This document shows positions 44,645 to 55,279 of a stretch of DNA of 64,000 nucleotides, piece by piece. The first letter of the stretch is position 1; each line of letters starts with the position of its first letter. The notes under the pieces are model-generated. The model saw only the letters and a program-made list of their open reading frames with translations. It was not told the origin of the DNA and ran no database searches. The position numbers were made by a program, and so were the translations under genes. This DNA comes from an uncultured Nitrososphaeraceae archaeon (GTDB taxonomy: Archaea > Thermoproteota > Nitrososphaeria > Nitrososphaerales > Nitrososphaeraceae), in NCBI GenBank assembly GCA_963765895.1, contig CAVXZB010000064.1, positions 32,001-96,000 on the forward strand, in the 5' to 3' direction.

Positions 44645-45245
44645 ATGTCGTCTCAGATGGTTTCGGAGGGTCAAGTCTATGCAGCCCTAAGGAAATGTAT
44701 GGATCCGGAAATTCCGGTGAATGTGGTTGACCTTGGTCTAATTTATGATGTTAAGGTTAAGCCCGAGAATACCGTAGATATTAAAATGACGATGACCACT
44801 AGGGGTCTGCCCTTTACATGATACCTTAGTCGGTGATGTAAAGAGGTATGTTGGTAAAGTTAATGGAGTTCAAAACGTCGACGTAGAAATAGTGTGGGAT
44901 CCCCCATGGGATATAAACAAAATGGATCCGAACGTGCGAGAAAAGATGGGATTTGGCAAGCCAAAATTGCGATTTCAGGTTGATTATGAGACCTATATGC
45001 CTGTCAAAATAGGAAGTTCGACGTCAGAGAAGGATGGATCTCTGATCTTATTAAATGACAAAAATCAGGGGTTTATGGTAAATCAGGCTATTGTAGAATT
45101 CTGGAACTCGTGCGACGGAACGAAAACCGTCAATCAGCTCGCAGATCACTTCGCTTCGAAATTAGGCATGCCCAGACAGCAAGTTGAACAAGAAGTTGTA
45201 CAGCTAATACAACAGCTTTTGGAATCTGAATTACTTAAACCTTAA
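44645..45245 (+). CDS. DUF59/MIP18/SufT Fe-S assembly domain fused to a PqqD/RRE domain; frameshift near 44806
   Basis: ATG at 44645 gives ...ALRKCMDPEIPVNVVDLGLIY...MTMTTRG/CPL...VWDPPW; C-terminal NQAIVEFWNSCDGTKTVNQLAD PqqD signature. Confidence 0.8.
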
Positions 45246-45282
45246 CTTCTAATTCACCAGCTGTTTATACTATAGCGAATTC

Positions 45283-45900
45283 ATGAAGCAGAATTTACGC
45301 AAGATTCAACTTGCTGAAAAAGTTATTGTGGAACTGGGTATGGGAGATGGGCAAGTTTTGCAAAGATTAGTTGAAGAATACTCCGGAGATCGAACTGTAG
45401 CTTATGTGGGTATCGAGAAAGATAAAATTTTAGCCCAACAGGCTCGGATGCGTGTGAAGTCACAAAACGTCTTGATAATAAACTCAATGTTTGAACAGAT
45501 CTTGATTCTATTTTGTGACCAATGCATAGATTTAGTGGTCATGGTGTTGCCGGATCCAGACTATATTGATCCTATTCATCATGAAAAATGGAGTCCATTT
45601 TATGGACAGATAATACGTTCAAAACTAAAGGACTCGGGAGTCCTTAAAGTAGTAACGGAAATTATTAGTGATTTACTAGAACCCGTGTCAGATGCTACCT
45701 ATTCAACACAGGTCAATTGGCTGATTGACGCGTTTTTCAACTTGGGCTTCAGTTTACTCACCAAGAAAGATGGCCCACCAGTTGGTTATGTCAGTTTCTA
45801 TTTGGATAAATTTGGAGCCGATCCACAGCGGATTCGCATAGTCACACTGGATTTCGTGAAACTTAAAAAAAGTTCCCTCCCAACTAATGTTGTCGAATAA
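45283..45900 (+). CDS. Class I SAM-dependent methyltransferase (TrmB-like)
   Basis: VELGMGDG, YVGIE, LPDP, LKDSG. Confidence 0.75.
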   Translation: MKQNLRKIQLAEKVIVELGMGDGQVLQRLVEEYSGDRTVAYVGIEKDKILAQQARMRVKSQNVLIINSMFEQILILFCDQCIDLVVMVLPDPDYIDPIHHEKWSPFYGQIIRSKLKDSGVLKVVTEIISDLLEPVSDATYSTQVNWLIDAFFNLGFSLLTKKDGPPVGYVSFYLDKFGADPQRIRIVTLDFVKLKKSSLPTNVVE

Positions 45901-45982
45901 CTATAAGCAGTTCTCCGATTATACATCTACCGTATTTCCATAGTTATGGATGATGACTTCATAGGATCAAATCCGTAGGAAA

Positions 45983-47134
45983 TCAGATTGTGGTCGCCAA
46001 TCCTTTACAGATTAGATACACGGCAGCGTAGGTCGGAAGCTTCTCTTTCCTATGACTTGCAGTAAATGTATGCCCTCCAAGCTTGAATTTGAGATTCGAA
46101 GGTTTCACATAAACCTGTACTTCAGTATCGCTTAATAAACAAGCATCATTTAATGGGTCGAATTTATTGAGATCCACACAACGAAGTTTGGATAAACCAC
46201 TCTTGCCATTCAAAGTTCCGCCATGTCTGAATATTCTATGTATATCGATAGTGACCTGTGGATCTATTTTTATTCCGATCTCCTTTGCGTACTCTCTAAT
46301 GTACTTGCGAAATTCTTCGTATCCGCCTAACTTATTAATGAGGTTTGTCAGCTTCGACAATGATGATCGATCTATTCGAAGTTTTCTCGCTAATCGCAAG
46401 CTCCAACCATACCTGAACCCTATTTTAGAAAATTTGATGCTGACTTTGTTGTTTGGCCCCTTTCGTACACCGATCACCTCTGGTCCAATTCCATTTCCAA
46501 GTATGTAACCTACTAGATCAGATCTGGCACGAGAGTCAAGATGATGAAAGCAAGCATCATAGATGTACAGATGAAATCCGCTATTTCCAGAAAAGTACAC
46601 AGAAATACTCTCGTTCTCTAATCCAATTTCGTCAGTCAGAATAGTAATCAGTTTTTTTACTTCATTCCTTAAGCTGATGAAACAATTGCTACAAGGAATC
46701 GATTCGACTCGAACAGTCGAGTTCTTGCAGAGAGGGCATGGTCCATCTGTGCTATCTTTCATTTCACCGCAATTAGCACACAAATGATAACGATGGGTAA
46801 CATCGCATGATAGTCCCAGGTCTTTTGCATCTATATCAAAAATAAGGTCGGCACCCTTCCATCCTTTGTCTTGCATTGAATTAGTAGGGAAATTGTAATA
46901 TGCATTTGAACAATAAAAATCGGATGGGGTGTTTCTAATTAATGTTGCATAAACTTCCCTGATATTACTGAATGATAGGTGTCTCGTCATACCTGTTTGA
47001 AACGTCATGAGTCCAAATTCTCTTTCATTAATTCTGGAAGGTGTTTCAACTAGATCATTATGTTTAAAATAATATTCTCTAAATGCATTTCGAACAAACA
47101 ATAAGTCGCTTGTTGAATTCCTTAAGTTACTCAT
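45983..47134 (-). CDS. priS: DNA primase small subunit
   Basis: REFG, LIFDIDAKD, FSGNSGFH, IDPQVTID. Confidence 0.95.
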   Translation of the reverse strand: MSNLRNSTSDLLFVRNAFREYYFKHNDLVETPSRINEREFGLMTFQTGMTRHLSFSNIREVYATLIRNTPSDFYCSNAYYNFPTNSMQDKGWKGADLIFDIDAKDLGLSCDVTHRYHLCANCGEMKDSTDGPCPLCKNSTVRVESIPCSNCFISLRNEVKKLITILTDEIGLENESISVYFSGNSGFHLYIYDACFHHLDSRARSDLVGYILGNGIGPEVIGVRKGPNNKVSIKFSKIGFRYGWSLRLARKLRIDRSSLSKLTNLINKLGGYEEFRKYIREYAKEIGIKIDPQVTIDIHRIFRHGGTLNGKSGLSKLRCVDLNKFDPLNDACLLSDTEVQVYVKPSNLKFKLGGHTFTASHRKEKLPTYAAVYLICKGLATTI

Positions 47135-47150
47135 ATCGATTTCGTTACTA

Positions 47151-48164
47151 TTATTCTGGCCTACGCCTAAATTTCAATGGATTTATTATTTCCCCGCAAT
47201 CTGAAGTACGAAAGCATAGATCTTCACTATTTAACTTACTGCAAGACGGAACGTTATATCGAGTTTGGCCTCCCTTAAGCCCTGCCAAATGCTCAATTTG
47301 GTATCGAGTTATTTTCTCATTGAAATCAGGTGCAGGATGAAATAGAGTCACGATCGAATCAATACTCTTGCCTATCGATAGCATGTATGTGGCCACCATG
47401 AGTCTTGCGGTATGAGGCAGATTCTCGCCCTTAGACATTAGATCAAGAGCATGCTTTATACACGGTGGATAATCTGAAATTCTAGGTAGTTTGTATTCAA
47501 AAGTCGGTCTAAACTTGAGCGCCAGATCGTTTGCTTTCTGTACCATTGGTTGTGGAACATTTGATAATGACATTGCTCTAATTTTTTCATATATGAAATT
47601 GCTAAGTTCATTTCTTACTAGCCTCACTATTTCCTCCGCATCAAGGTAAACGTATCCGCCATGCACGGTCTTATTTACTACTTTCCATCCCTCTTCGTGA
47701 AAGTGAGAAGACCTTACCAGGTAATCCGTTACTTTCATTTTGAATACTTGAGCGTTTTCTGGATCAATGTCCACTTCGACTTTAAACAGTTCCTTAAAAA
47801 TTTCAAATAAGAGCAACTGCTTCTTTCTCTCGTCTCTCTCGGAACGCAAGTCCTGAATTAGAAAAGCCTCCGCTCTCATAGCTTCAAATAAGGAATGCTT
47901 TTTGAAGATTTGTTCTACCTTAGTTAACTTAACTAGTATAAGCGCGCTCAAAAACGTTAAAACTTCCACTTCGTGCCTTTCAAGATTTTTATAAATCTTC
48001 CCTTGCATTTCAACCTCCACCCTAACTGCAGCCCTATCAATGATGTACTCCATTTCCGGTCTGTTAAATTCATCAACATCGAGATGACTCTCAGCCAGAA
48101 ATTTTGAAGCTTCATTAAGAAATGGGTATTTCGCAAAATCGGCAGTTCCTAGTTTCAATGGCAA
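47151..48164 (-). CDS. priL: DNA primase large subunit
   Basis: YPPCI, GENLPH, PDFNEKITRYQ, Cys cluster. Confidence 0.95.
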   Translation of the reverse strand: MPLKLGTADFAKYPFLNEASKFLAESHLDVDEFNRPEMEYIIDRAAVRVEVEMQGKIYKNLERHEVEVLTFLSALILVKLTKVEQIFKKHSLFEAMRAEAFLIQDLRSERDERKKQLLLFEIFKELFKVEVDIDPENAQVFKMKVTDYLVRSSHFHEEGWKVVNKTVHGGYVYLDAEEIVRLVRNELSNFIYEKIRAMSLSNVPQPMVQKANDLALKFRPTFEYKLPRISDYPPCIKHALDLMSKGENLPHTARLMVATYMLSIGKSIDSIVTLFHPAPDFNEKITRYQIEHLAGLKGGQTRYNVPSCSKLNSEDLCFRTSDCGEIINPLKFRRRPE

Positions 48165-48250
48165 TAGTATTTATAATATTATGTCTAACCGAAATAAAAA
48201 GGCCATCCTTACAATATATTAAATTGGATGCTGATTTAACATTGATTATT

Positions 48251-49132
48251 TTGGCAGGAGACCTCGGATTTCATGTATCCATTGCGGGAGGAATTGCAAA
48301 TTCCGTAGATAATGCAAAAAAGATAGGATGTACAGCTTTTCAAATATTTACTCGCAACCCTAGAGGTTGGAGCGGTAAAGAGCTAGATCCAGACGACGTG
48401 AGAAGCTTTCGCAAGAGGCTACATGAGAGCAAGATAAATCCAGATTCAGTAGCTGTTCACATGCCATATCTTCCGAACTTATCTGCTCCAGACGGGGCAG
48501 GATACGAAAAATCAGTAGAGACTCTTTGCTCAGAACTAGTTCGATGCGCCATATTACAGGTACCGTACTTGATTATCCATCTCGGAAGCCACCTCGGAAA
48601 GGGTTCTGCTAATGGGATCAGTCAGCTAGTTAGGGCTTGTAACAATAGCATCGAAAAATCAAAATCAACCATTAAGTCGAATAAGAACGTAAAAAATGTG
48701 AAAATTTTACTTGAGAACAGTGCTGGACAGTCAAATTCTGTAGGTGCAACTTTTAAAGAACTTGGCCACATAATAGAAATGCTTGATGGCAAACAAAGAT
48801 TCGGAGTTTGCTTTGACACTTGTCACTCTTTCGCGGCTGGTTATGATTTAAGGAATAAAGCCGAGGTAGACAAAACGATAGAAGATTTTGATGACAAAGT
48901 TGGCTTGAAATATCTAAACCTTATTCATCTTAATGACTCAGTTAATGATATTGGATCTGGACTAGATCGCCACGAGCACGTCGGCCTGGGTAAGATCGGA
49001 AAGGAGGGTTTTCGTGCTATACTTTTACATAGCGCAATAAGGAAACTCCCCATAATAATGGAAACGCCCATAGACGGAAGACGAGGAAATATCGAAAATT
49101 ATCACTATGTAAAGCATTTGCTCGAGATGTAA
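48251..49132 (+). CDS. nfo: Endonuclease IV
   Basis: GFHVSIAGG, HMPYLPNL, LLENSAG, DTCH, HLNDS, DRHEH, METP; start moved to TTG 48251 to avoid overlap with priL. Confidence 0.93.
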   Translation: MAGDLGFHVSIAGGIANSVDNAKKIGCTAFQIFTRNPRGWSGKELDPDDVRSFRKRLHESKINPDSVAVHMPYLPNLSAPDGAGYEKSVETLCSELVRCAILQVPYLIIHLGSHLGKGSANGISQLVRACNNSIEKSKSTIKSNKNVKNVKILLENSAGQSNSVGATFKELGHIIEMLDGKQRFGVCFDTCHSFAAGYDLRNKAEVDKTIEDFDDKVGLKYLNLIHLNDSVNDIGSGLDRHEHVGLGKIGKEGFRAILLHSAIRKLPIIMETPIDGRRGNIENYHYVKHLLEM

Positions 49133-49369
49133 TATCTTAATTTGGTTCACGGATTACTTCTATCAATGGGGTAAAGAAGGTTGGAAGAAAGCATCGAGCT
49201 AAACTGAATTTCTACATGCATTAACGAGGTTATATACGATTCATCATTTAACGAGCTTGGTTTGTCTTGGTTTAATATATGCCGCCGTTGCAGGTATAAA
49301 TGGAGTTATATAAATTTGAAAAGCAAGAAGGAATAGACTTAAAACCCCTATTATGAGGTTGATGACATC

Positions 49370-50843
49370 ATGAGCGAATACGACCAGATTATGAAGCTCG
49401 CTTTGGAGCGGGGCTTTTACTTCCCAAGTTGTGAAATTTATTCAGATGCTCTTGCAGGCTTTTGGGACTACGGACCAATAGGTTTGAGAATGAAGAATAA
49501 ATTCATTGATCTCTGGCGAAGAGAACTCGTTAGGAGGGATGGGATGTGGGAGATAGATGGGTCACAGATCATGAGTAAAAAAGTCTTTATTGCCTCTGGA
49601 CACCTGGGAAACTTCACCGATCCAGTTGTAAAATGTACAAAATGCAATTCCACGTTTAGAGCCGATAGATTTGTTTCCGAAAAAACTGGTATCTATATTC
49701 CGGAAAGAGCTTCTAATGATGAAATTGATACTATCATTAGAAAGCATTCTATTAATTGTCCAAGGTGCAAGGGCGAATTAGGACCTACTAATAGATTTAA
49801 TATGATGTTCAAAGTTGAAGTTGGTCCGTCGGCTGACGAAGCCTATCTTAGGCCTGAAACCTGTCAATCAATATTTGTAGACTTCCCACGAATTTTCAAA
49901 GTCATGCGCGGGAGATTACCTATTGCTGTTGCCCAGATAGGCAAGAGTTTTAGGAATGAAATTGCCCCACGACAAAGTCTACTGAGACTACGAGAATTCT
50001 ATCAGGCCGAGATTGAAGTGTTCTGCAATCCCGAAAGACTAAACGAGGTACCACAGTATGACGAAGTCAAAGGTACTACTTTAAATATTTTCGACGGAGG
50101 ATCATCTCAAGAAGTAACAGTTCAGGAAGCAGTTGATAGAGGCGTTTTACCTAACACACTTATCGCATATTACCTTGCAATACTTAGTCAATTTTATTCC
50201 AAGACTGGAATAGACATGAGGAGAACTCGTTTCCGAAAGCTCTCTGATACTGAGAAGGCATTTTATGCCACTATCGCATTTGACTTTGAAGTAGAAACCA
50301 GTCTAGGCTGGCTAGAACTTGTTGCTTGCAATTATAGATCTGACTATGATCTCAGCGGTCATGGGGCAACAAGTAAAGAAAACCTCGAAGTCATTGATCC
50401 ATCAAGCCAGTCGAAGATATTACCCCATATTTTCGAACTCTCGATGGGAATTGATAGAAGTCTATATGCTATCTTAGAACATTCCTATCATGAAGACTAT
50501 GAGCATGATGATAGAGTGGTTTTAAGACTAAAACCATACTTGGCACCAATAACCGTAGGTGTGTTACCACTAATGACCAAGGATGGCATAGGAGATAAAG
50601 CTCGCAACATTTATGCCGCGATACGAAAGGAATTTGATGCCTTTATAGATGAATCAGGATCTATTGGCAGGAGATATAGACGATTAGAAGAAATTGGAGT
50701 AACCATTCGCGATAACAATAGATAAAACCTCTATGGTCGATGAGACTGTAACTATTAGAAATAGAGATACTATGAAGCAAGAAAGGATAAGAATTTCTGA
50801 AATAAACCCCGTTTTAGCAAAAGCAGTTTATCATTATGAATGA
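49370..50843 (+). CDS. glyS: Glycine--tRNA ligase (alpha2 type), frameshift near 50701
   Basis: YLRPETCQ, GKSFRNEI, GSIGRRYRR; the shifted frame continues PFAITIDK...VTIRNRDTMKQ to TGA 50843. Confidence 0.95.
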
Positions 50844-51200
50844 AACTTTCGAACATACGTAAGGTGGATCAATTCGTGAATCGGATCGTTAACAAAATAT
50901 CACTAGCCTAGATTGATAGTAAAATTGCGTTTGTATTACGGAGCTATACACTGTGGGCTATCATAATATTTCAAACCTTAGATCTTTATTAGTTCGAATT
51001 TTGAACGCACATTCCTATCGATACTTTTACGCATAACTTTGCCGTCTATCCAGTAATTTTTTTGTAAGGACCGGTAACTGATTTGAACCGAAATTTTGAT
51101 AGTTGACAGTCCAAAATTTAATGTTAAGATAATCCATATTAATGACGGAATCTCAAAACAACAATATTTATTTAGCATAACAAGCCTTGAAAAGACATAT

Positions 51201-52043
51201 ATGGTAGTTGACAATAGAGGAATAATTTCGTATATCCGGGTTCTTAAGGAAGACCTGACTATCTATAAAATTAATCCTTCTGATGGTCCTGTTCCAGATT
51301 TTAAGGCAGGCCAGTTTGTAACTATAGGTCTTCATATTCCAAAGGAAGGAAAAATAATCAGAAGGGCATATTCTATAGCGTCTCCTCCGGAACAGAAGAA
51401 GTATTTTGAATTGATAATTAGATGGGTTAGAAAGCCACTTCCGGGTCGCTTAACAACTGAGCTATTTAATATTACTGAAGGTGACGAGGTTTTATGGGTT
51501 AAACCCACTGGTATATTTACTATAAATCATAAGAAGCATGATGGAATGGATGATAACAGGAGGATGGTACTCATTGGGGGAGGAACTGGACTAGCACCTT
51601 TTATCTCCTATTCACTTCATCTCAAAGCAATACGAAGCAAACGGGAAATAATAGTCCTACATGGTGCTAGTTATGTCGACGAGTTAAGCTATCGTGAGCT
51701 TCTATCTGATTTGGAAAGTGAAAGCCTCGATCTAGGACCGAACGCCTGGAACTTCCGATATAGAGCAAGCATCAGTAGACCACAAGAGTGGTTTAATAGA
51801 ACCTGGAGCGGGCAGAAAGGTAGGGTTGAGTCGTTCCTTAGGCCCAAACCTGGTACTGATCGATCGCCGCTTGAAGAACTGGTCGGTGAAAAAATAACAC
51901 CGGAGAATACTTCTTTTTATGTGTGCGGCTGGCAAGGAACGGTCGATGGTGCATTGGACTATTTAATACCTAAAGGATTCGTAACTGAGCGCCAAAAAAG
52001 AAAGGACGGTAGTTATGAAGTGAAATTTGAATCGTACGGTTAA
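51201..52043 (+). CDS. fpr: Ferredoxin--NADP+ reductase
   Basis: FKAGQF, RRAYSIAS, GGGTGLAPF, YVCG, ESY; ATG start at 51201. Confidence 0.9.
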   Translation: MVVDNRGIISYIRVLKEDLTIYKINPSDGPVPDFKAGQFVTIGLHIPKEGKIIRRAYSIASPPEQKKYFELIIRWVRKPLPGRLTTELFNITEGDEVLWVKPTGIFTINHKKHDGMDDNRRMVLIGGGTGLAPFISYSLHLKAIRSKREIIVLHGASYVDELSYRELLSDLESESLDLGPNAWNFRYRASISRPQEWFNRTWSGQKGRVESFLRPKPGTDRSPLEELVGEKITPENTSFYVCGWQGTVDGALDYLIPKGFVTERQKRKDGSYEVKFESYG

Positions 52044-52087
52044 CTTACCTTAAGCCTTATATCAGAGAAATAAGAGAAAGAACGTGT

Positions 52088-52423
52088 ATGAAATTTGAAT
52101 TTGAAGAATTCTCAACCATAGAGGATGTGTTCCTTTATCTTGTATCTGTTGCACCTTATATGAAGCAAATAATGCCGGTCAGTTCCTACAAGGGTTATGT
52201 ATTTTCGATTATTCCACTTAGCCCATTGACGGGCGATCTTTTGATGATGGTATATACGAAAGGATCTCTGGAGCCAGGTATGATCGAGTTCGATGTAGCA
52301 AGCAAAAAGTTTAAGTCCGTAAGTTCCCTGGAACGAGCGGACAAGAACTATTTCATCATTTTAAGACCTAAGGCTGCTACAGTTGCCGACCAAGCAATTG
52401 CATTCTTAGAATCAAAACAATAG
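52088..52423 (+). CDS. Conserved hypothetical protein
   Basis: 111-aa ATG ORF. Confidence 0.65.
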   Translation: MKFEFEEFSTIEDVFLYLVSVAPYMKQIMPVSSYKGYVFSIIPLSPLTGDLLMMVYTKGSLEPGMIEFDVASKKFKSVSSLERADKNYFIILRPKAATVADQAIAFLESKQ

Positions 52424-52440
52424 AAAAGCGCGACCTCATC

Positions 52441-54015
52441 CTATGGTTTGTGAGATACAGCAGCTGTAACTGATCTCTTTCTTGCGTATCTACTCACTAT
52501 ATCGTCAGGATATTGCCCATGAAAAAGACTTTTACACAATCCACGGAGATATCTCATTATTGCCCATGTTCCTGCTTTTATAAGTGCAGCCATAAATACC
52601 TTCATCATAGGACCATATGTTTTGTTCCTAATTATGATAGGGATTATATCGTTTATGACCCACAAGTTATGCTGCCAACATTTCCAGAAAAGAGTAAACT
52701 GGGCTTCGTTCAAATTTCCAAAGTGCATGGAATTTCTCTCTGAGAAGTCCTGATATAGAAGAGGAGCAAGCAGGCCACGCATGTTGGTCTCTCGAAAGTC
52801 TTCGATAAGATCTATAGTGTACTGAGTCTCATCCGGGGTTTCATCAGGCCAGCCAATTATCAGGGTTAGTGCGGGGAACCAATGGTTATCATTAAGAATT
52901 TTTGTTCCCTCCCTAACAACAGTACCCCACTCTTCAGGCTGATATGGTTTGGTTTTCACGCCTAGATGCCGCTTCACCATCCTTGGGGCCACTGTCTCAA
53001 CTCCCAAATTGGTAGCAAGCCATCTGCCGCTATGTTGCATGTCGTTAACTTCTGATAACTTTTTAATTAGATCAGGAGATGAAGCCACAGCGGATAGCGT
53101 CATGTGGGTAGTTCCCACAAAATTCGCTCCAACTGACTTAAGACCTTTCCATAAGTTCAAGATCGCGTCTGCATTCGGTATGAAGTCCCTATTGTCGCAT
53201 CCGTATAATAACATCTCATCCGACTGAAGCCAGATCGAATCAAAACCATAAGCAAGATTTAACTTGGCTTCTTGTTGCAGTCTCTCGAGAGGTATGTCTT
53301 TTTTTGATCTCTTATTTACATCACAAAAATCACAACCTCTACCGCATCCCCGCATTGCCTCGACTAGTGAATTTATAGTCGGACCAGTTATCATTGGGAT
53401 GTTTTCGATGTTTCTGACAAAGGTATGCAAAAGTTCAGGGGCATCCCCGCTTTCTAGATCATGGAAAAGATCCAAAGCCAGTTCGTCCGCCTCACCAATT
53501 ACCACAGTATCTATGCCATGAATCTTCATACGGTCAGGCCGCGCGAGCTCCCAAGCGCCGTTTCCGCCAACTACAACTTTAAAGTCATATTTCTTCTTCA
53601 GTTGGATAATTGAGGCACACATCTTCTTAAATTTCATCGCCACATAAGAAAGCTTTTCAGGGGACATAGTAGTGGTAACGGGGGCCATGCCCAGTGGATC
53701 CATCACGTTTATACCCAAGACTTTGGTATTTGGTCCCACCGATTTGGCCAGCATTTCCGGGTGAGCTATGAAGATCTCATCCCTTTGATATTCCTTCAAT
53801 AATGCACCCTCTACTCTTCTAAGCCCACATTGCGCTACCTTAACTTCTCCAGTATTTTTATCCGTCTCAACACTGGGACAAAATAACTTGTCAAAAACAA
53901 ATTCAGGTACTAATTCGTAGGGTCCACAAGCAATGAATCCGTAAAGGAAATTTCCCCTATAATTTGTCATCAGACTCCTATCCGCAGTCAAAACTATTCT
54001 TTTACCAGCTGCCAT
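52441..54015 (-). CDS. B12-binding radical SAM enzyme, GDGT ring synthase (Grs)-like
   Basis: CGRGCDFC motif; N-terminus IVLTADRSLMTNY...GLRRVE...DPLG resembles GrsA/GrsB as recalled. Confidence 0.75.
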   Translation of the reverse strand: MAAGKRIVLTADRSLMTNYRGNFLYGFIACGPYELVPEFVFDKLFCPSVETDKNTGEVKVAQCGLRRVEGALLKEYQRDEIFIAHPEMLAKSVGPNTKVLGINVMDPLGMAPVTTTMSPEKLSYVAMKFKKMCASIIQLKKKYDFKVVVGGNGAWELARPDRMKIHGIDTVVIGEADELALDLFHDLESGDAPELLHTFVRNIENIPMITGPTINSLVEAMRGCGRGCDFCDVNKRSKKDIPLERLQQEAKLNLAYGFDSIWLQSDEMLLYGCDNRDFIPNADAILNLWKGLKSVGANFVGTTHMTLSAVASSPDLIKKLSEVNDMQHSGRWLATNLGVETVAPRMVKRHLGVKTKPYQPEEWGTVVREGTKILNDNHWFPALTLIIGWPDETPDETQYTIDLIEDFRETNMRGLLAPLLYQDFSERNSMHFGNLNEAQFTLFWKCWQHNLWVINDIIPIIIRNKTYGPMMKVFMAALIKAGTWAIMRYLRGLCKSLFHGQYPDDIVSRYARKRSVTAAVSHKP

Positions 54016-54054
54016 TTAATAATCGGTACCCCACGGATATTCGTTTATGGTTTG

Positions 54055-54540
54055 CTATAAATTTATTACGATAGTGTTACGAGTAGGGAAAGTGGGACGC
54101 TGAACGAGCATCTTCAGGTACAAACCCTTTCTATGTCCTTTCAATAATATTGACCTGAGCTGTCTGTGATCAAGCATCCAGAGTGCATCTGAATATGAGA
54201 CCCATCTGTAGCTTTCGTGCTCAATGGAAATTTTCACGAGCTGTGTAGAACTAGTCGCGAAATAAAATGTAACCTCTTTTTCTGATTTCATACCATCGGA
54301 CTTGAAGAAGGTGTATCTAATCTTACCAATGTAAGATTGAATGTCTAAAGATGTTATACTGGTTTCCTCAATGACTTCTCTTACCAGTGTTTGTATCTCG
54401 GTTTCACCCTTTTCCTTATGTCCTTGGGGGAAGCCCCAATATCCTCTTCTATTCTTGAGAAGAAGAAATTCTGGAGATTCTGTATCTTCTCGAGAAGGTC
54501 GATACGCAACAATTGCACCTATAGACTGCTCTGGAGACAC
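54055..54540 (-). CDS. Nudix hydrolase (Ap4A hydrolase-like)
   Basis: WGFPQGHKEKGETEIQTLVREVIEET Nudix box, SIEH. Confidence 0.9.
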   Translation of the reverse strand: MSPEQSIGAIVAYRPSREDTESPEFLLLKNRRGYWGFPQGHKEKGETEIQTLVREVIEETSITSLDIQSYIGKIRYTFFKSDGMKSEKEVTFYFATSSTQLVKISIEHESYRWVSYSDALWMLDHRQLRSILLKGHRKGLYLKMLVQRPTFPTRNTIVINL

Positions 54541-54634
54541 CCTATACCAATGGCTTTCAAGTGTCGATATGATTATAATATTGTTACTTTGTAAAAGGTA
54601 TTAATATCCAAATTTGAGCATACGAATATGGCGG

Positions 54635-54708
54635 GGGCCGGTCGTCTAGTCTGGTAGGATACGGCATTGGCATTGCTGAGGCCGTGGGTTCAAATCCCAC
54701 CCGGTCCA
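54635..54708 (+). tRNA. tRNA-Ala(GGC)
   Basis: Acceptor GGGCCGG/CCGGTCC-A with G3:U70, anticodon arm CGGCA-TTGGCAT-TGCTG, T arm GTGGG-TTCAAAT-CCCAC. Confidence 0.95.
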
Positions 54709-54715
54709 CTCATTC

Positions 54716-55228
54716 CTAAACTGCTCTGCTCCTTAACTCCTCGTCGGCTATTAAAATAACTTCCTTAACCTCAATTGCTGCCTGTTTTTTATTATAAATA
54801 TCGTAGCACCTGAATAATCTTTGGTTACCACTATCATATCCAAGAGTAATTATTTCTTTGCGAAACTCCATTTGCGAATCCATCAATATTCTGCCCAAGC
54901 CAGATTCTTTATTCCGAATCCGAACAATTACACTCAACGGCAAACAGTCAATGTGGATTTGCGACAATGCATAGACAAGTCTTCTTTTTGATTTTGAGTC
55001 AATCACGTAGGCGCGGCGCAATATAAGTTGATTCGATTCTATCTGTTCAATAACCCGTATAGATGGAATCGAATTCAGGATGATATATAATTTGTCTTCA
55101 AGTACACCGGTATCAGCTAGCAAAATTTTTGATAGTAAGGACATTTTCTTGCCCATTTTCTCTTCTAGGACATGAATACTATCAACTAATCTTATACTCC
55201 CGTCTACTCTGATTCGTATAGGGAGCAT
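54716..55228 (-). CDS. Chorismate lyase (UbiC/DUF98)-like protein
   Basis: ILLADTG, LVYALS, GLGRIL...EFRKEI, R.Y.I, VKE pattern. Confidence 0.65.
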   Translation of the reverse strand: MLPIRIRVDGSIRLVDSIHVLEEKMGKKMSLLSKILLADTGVLEDKLYIILNSIPSIRVIEQIESNQLILRRAYVIDSKSKRRLVYALSQIHIDCLPLSVIVRIRNKESGLGRILMDSQMEFRKEIITLGYDSGNQRLFRCYDIYNKKQAAIEVKEVILIADEELRSRAV

Positions 55229-55279
55229 GCAAGCAAACTCCTCAAAGAGATTAAAGAGAGTCGAATCAATTCAAAAACC

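Noticed and set aside
48122-48250. N-terminal membrane-like extension on endonuclease IV
   Set aside because: Overlaps the priL start and the shared promoter; homology begins near 48251
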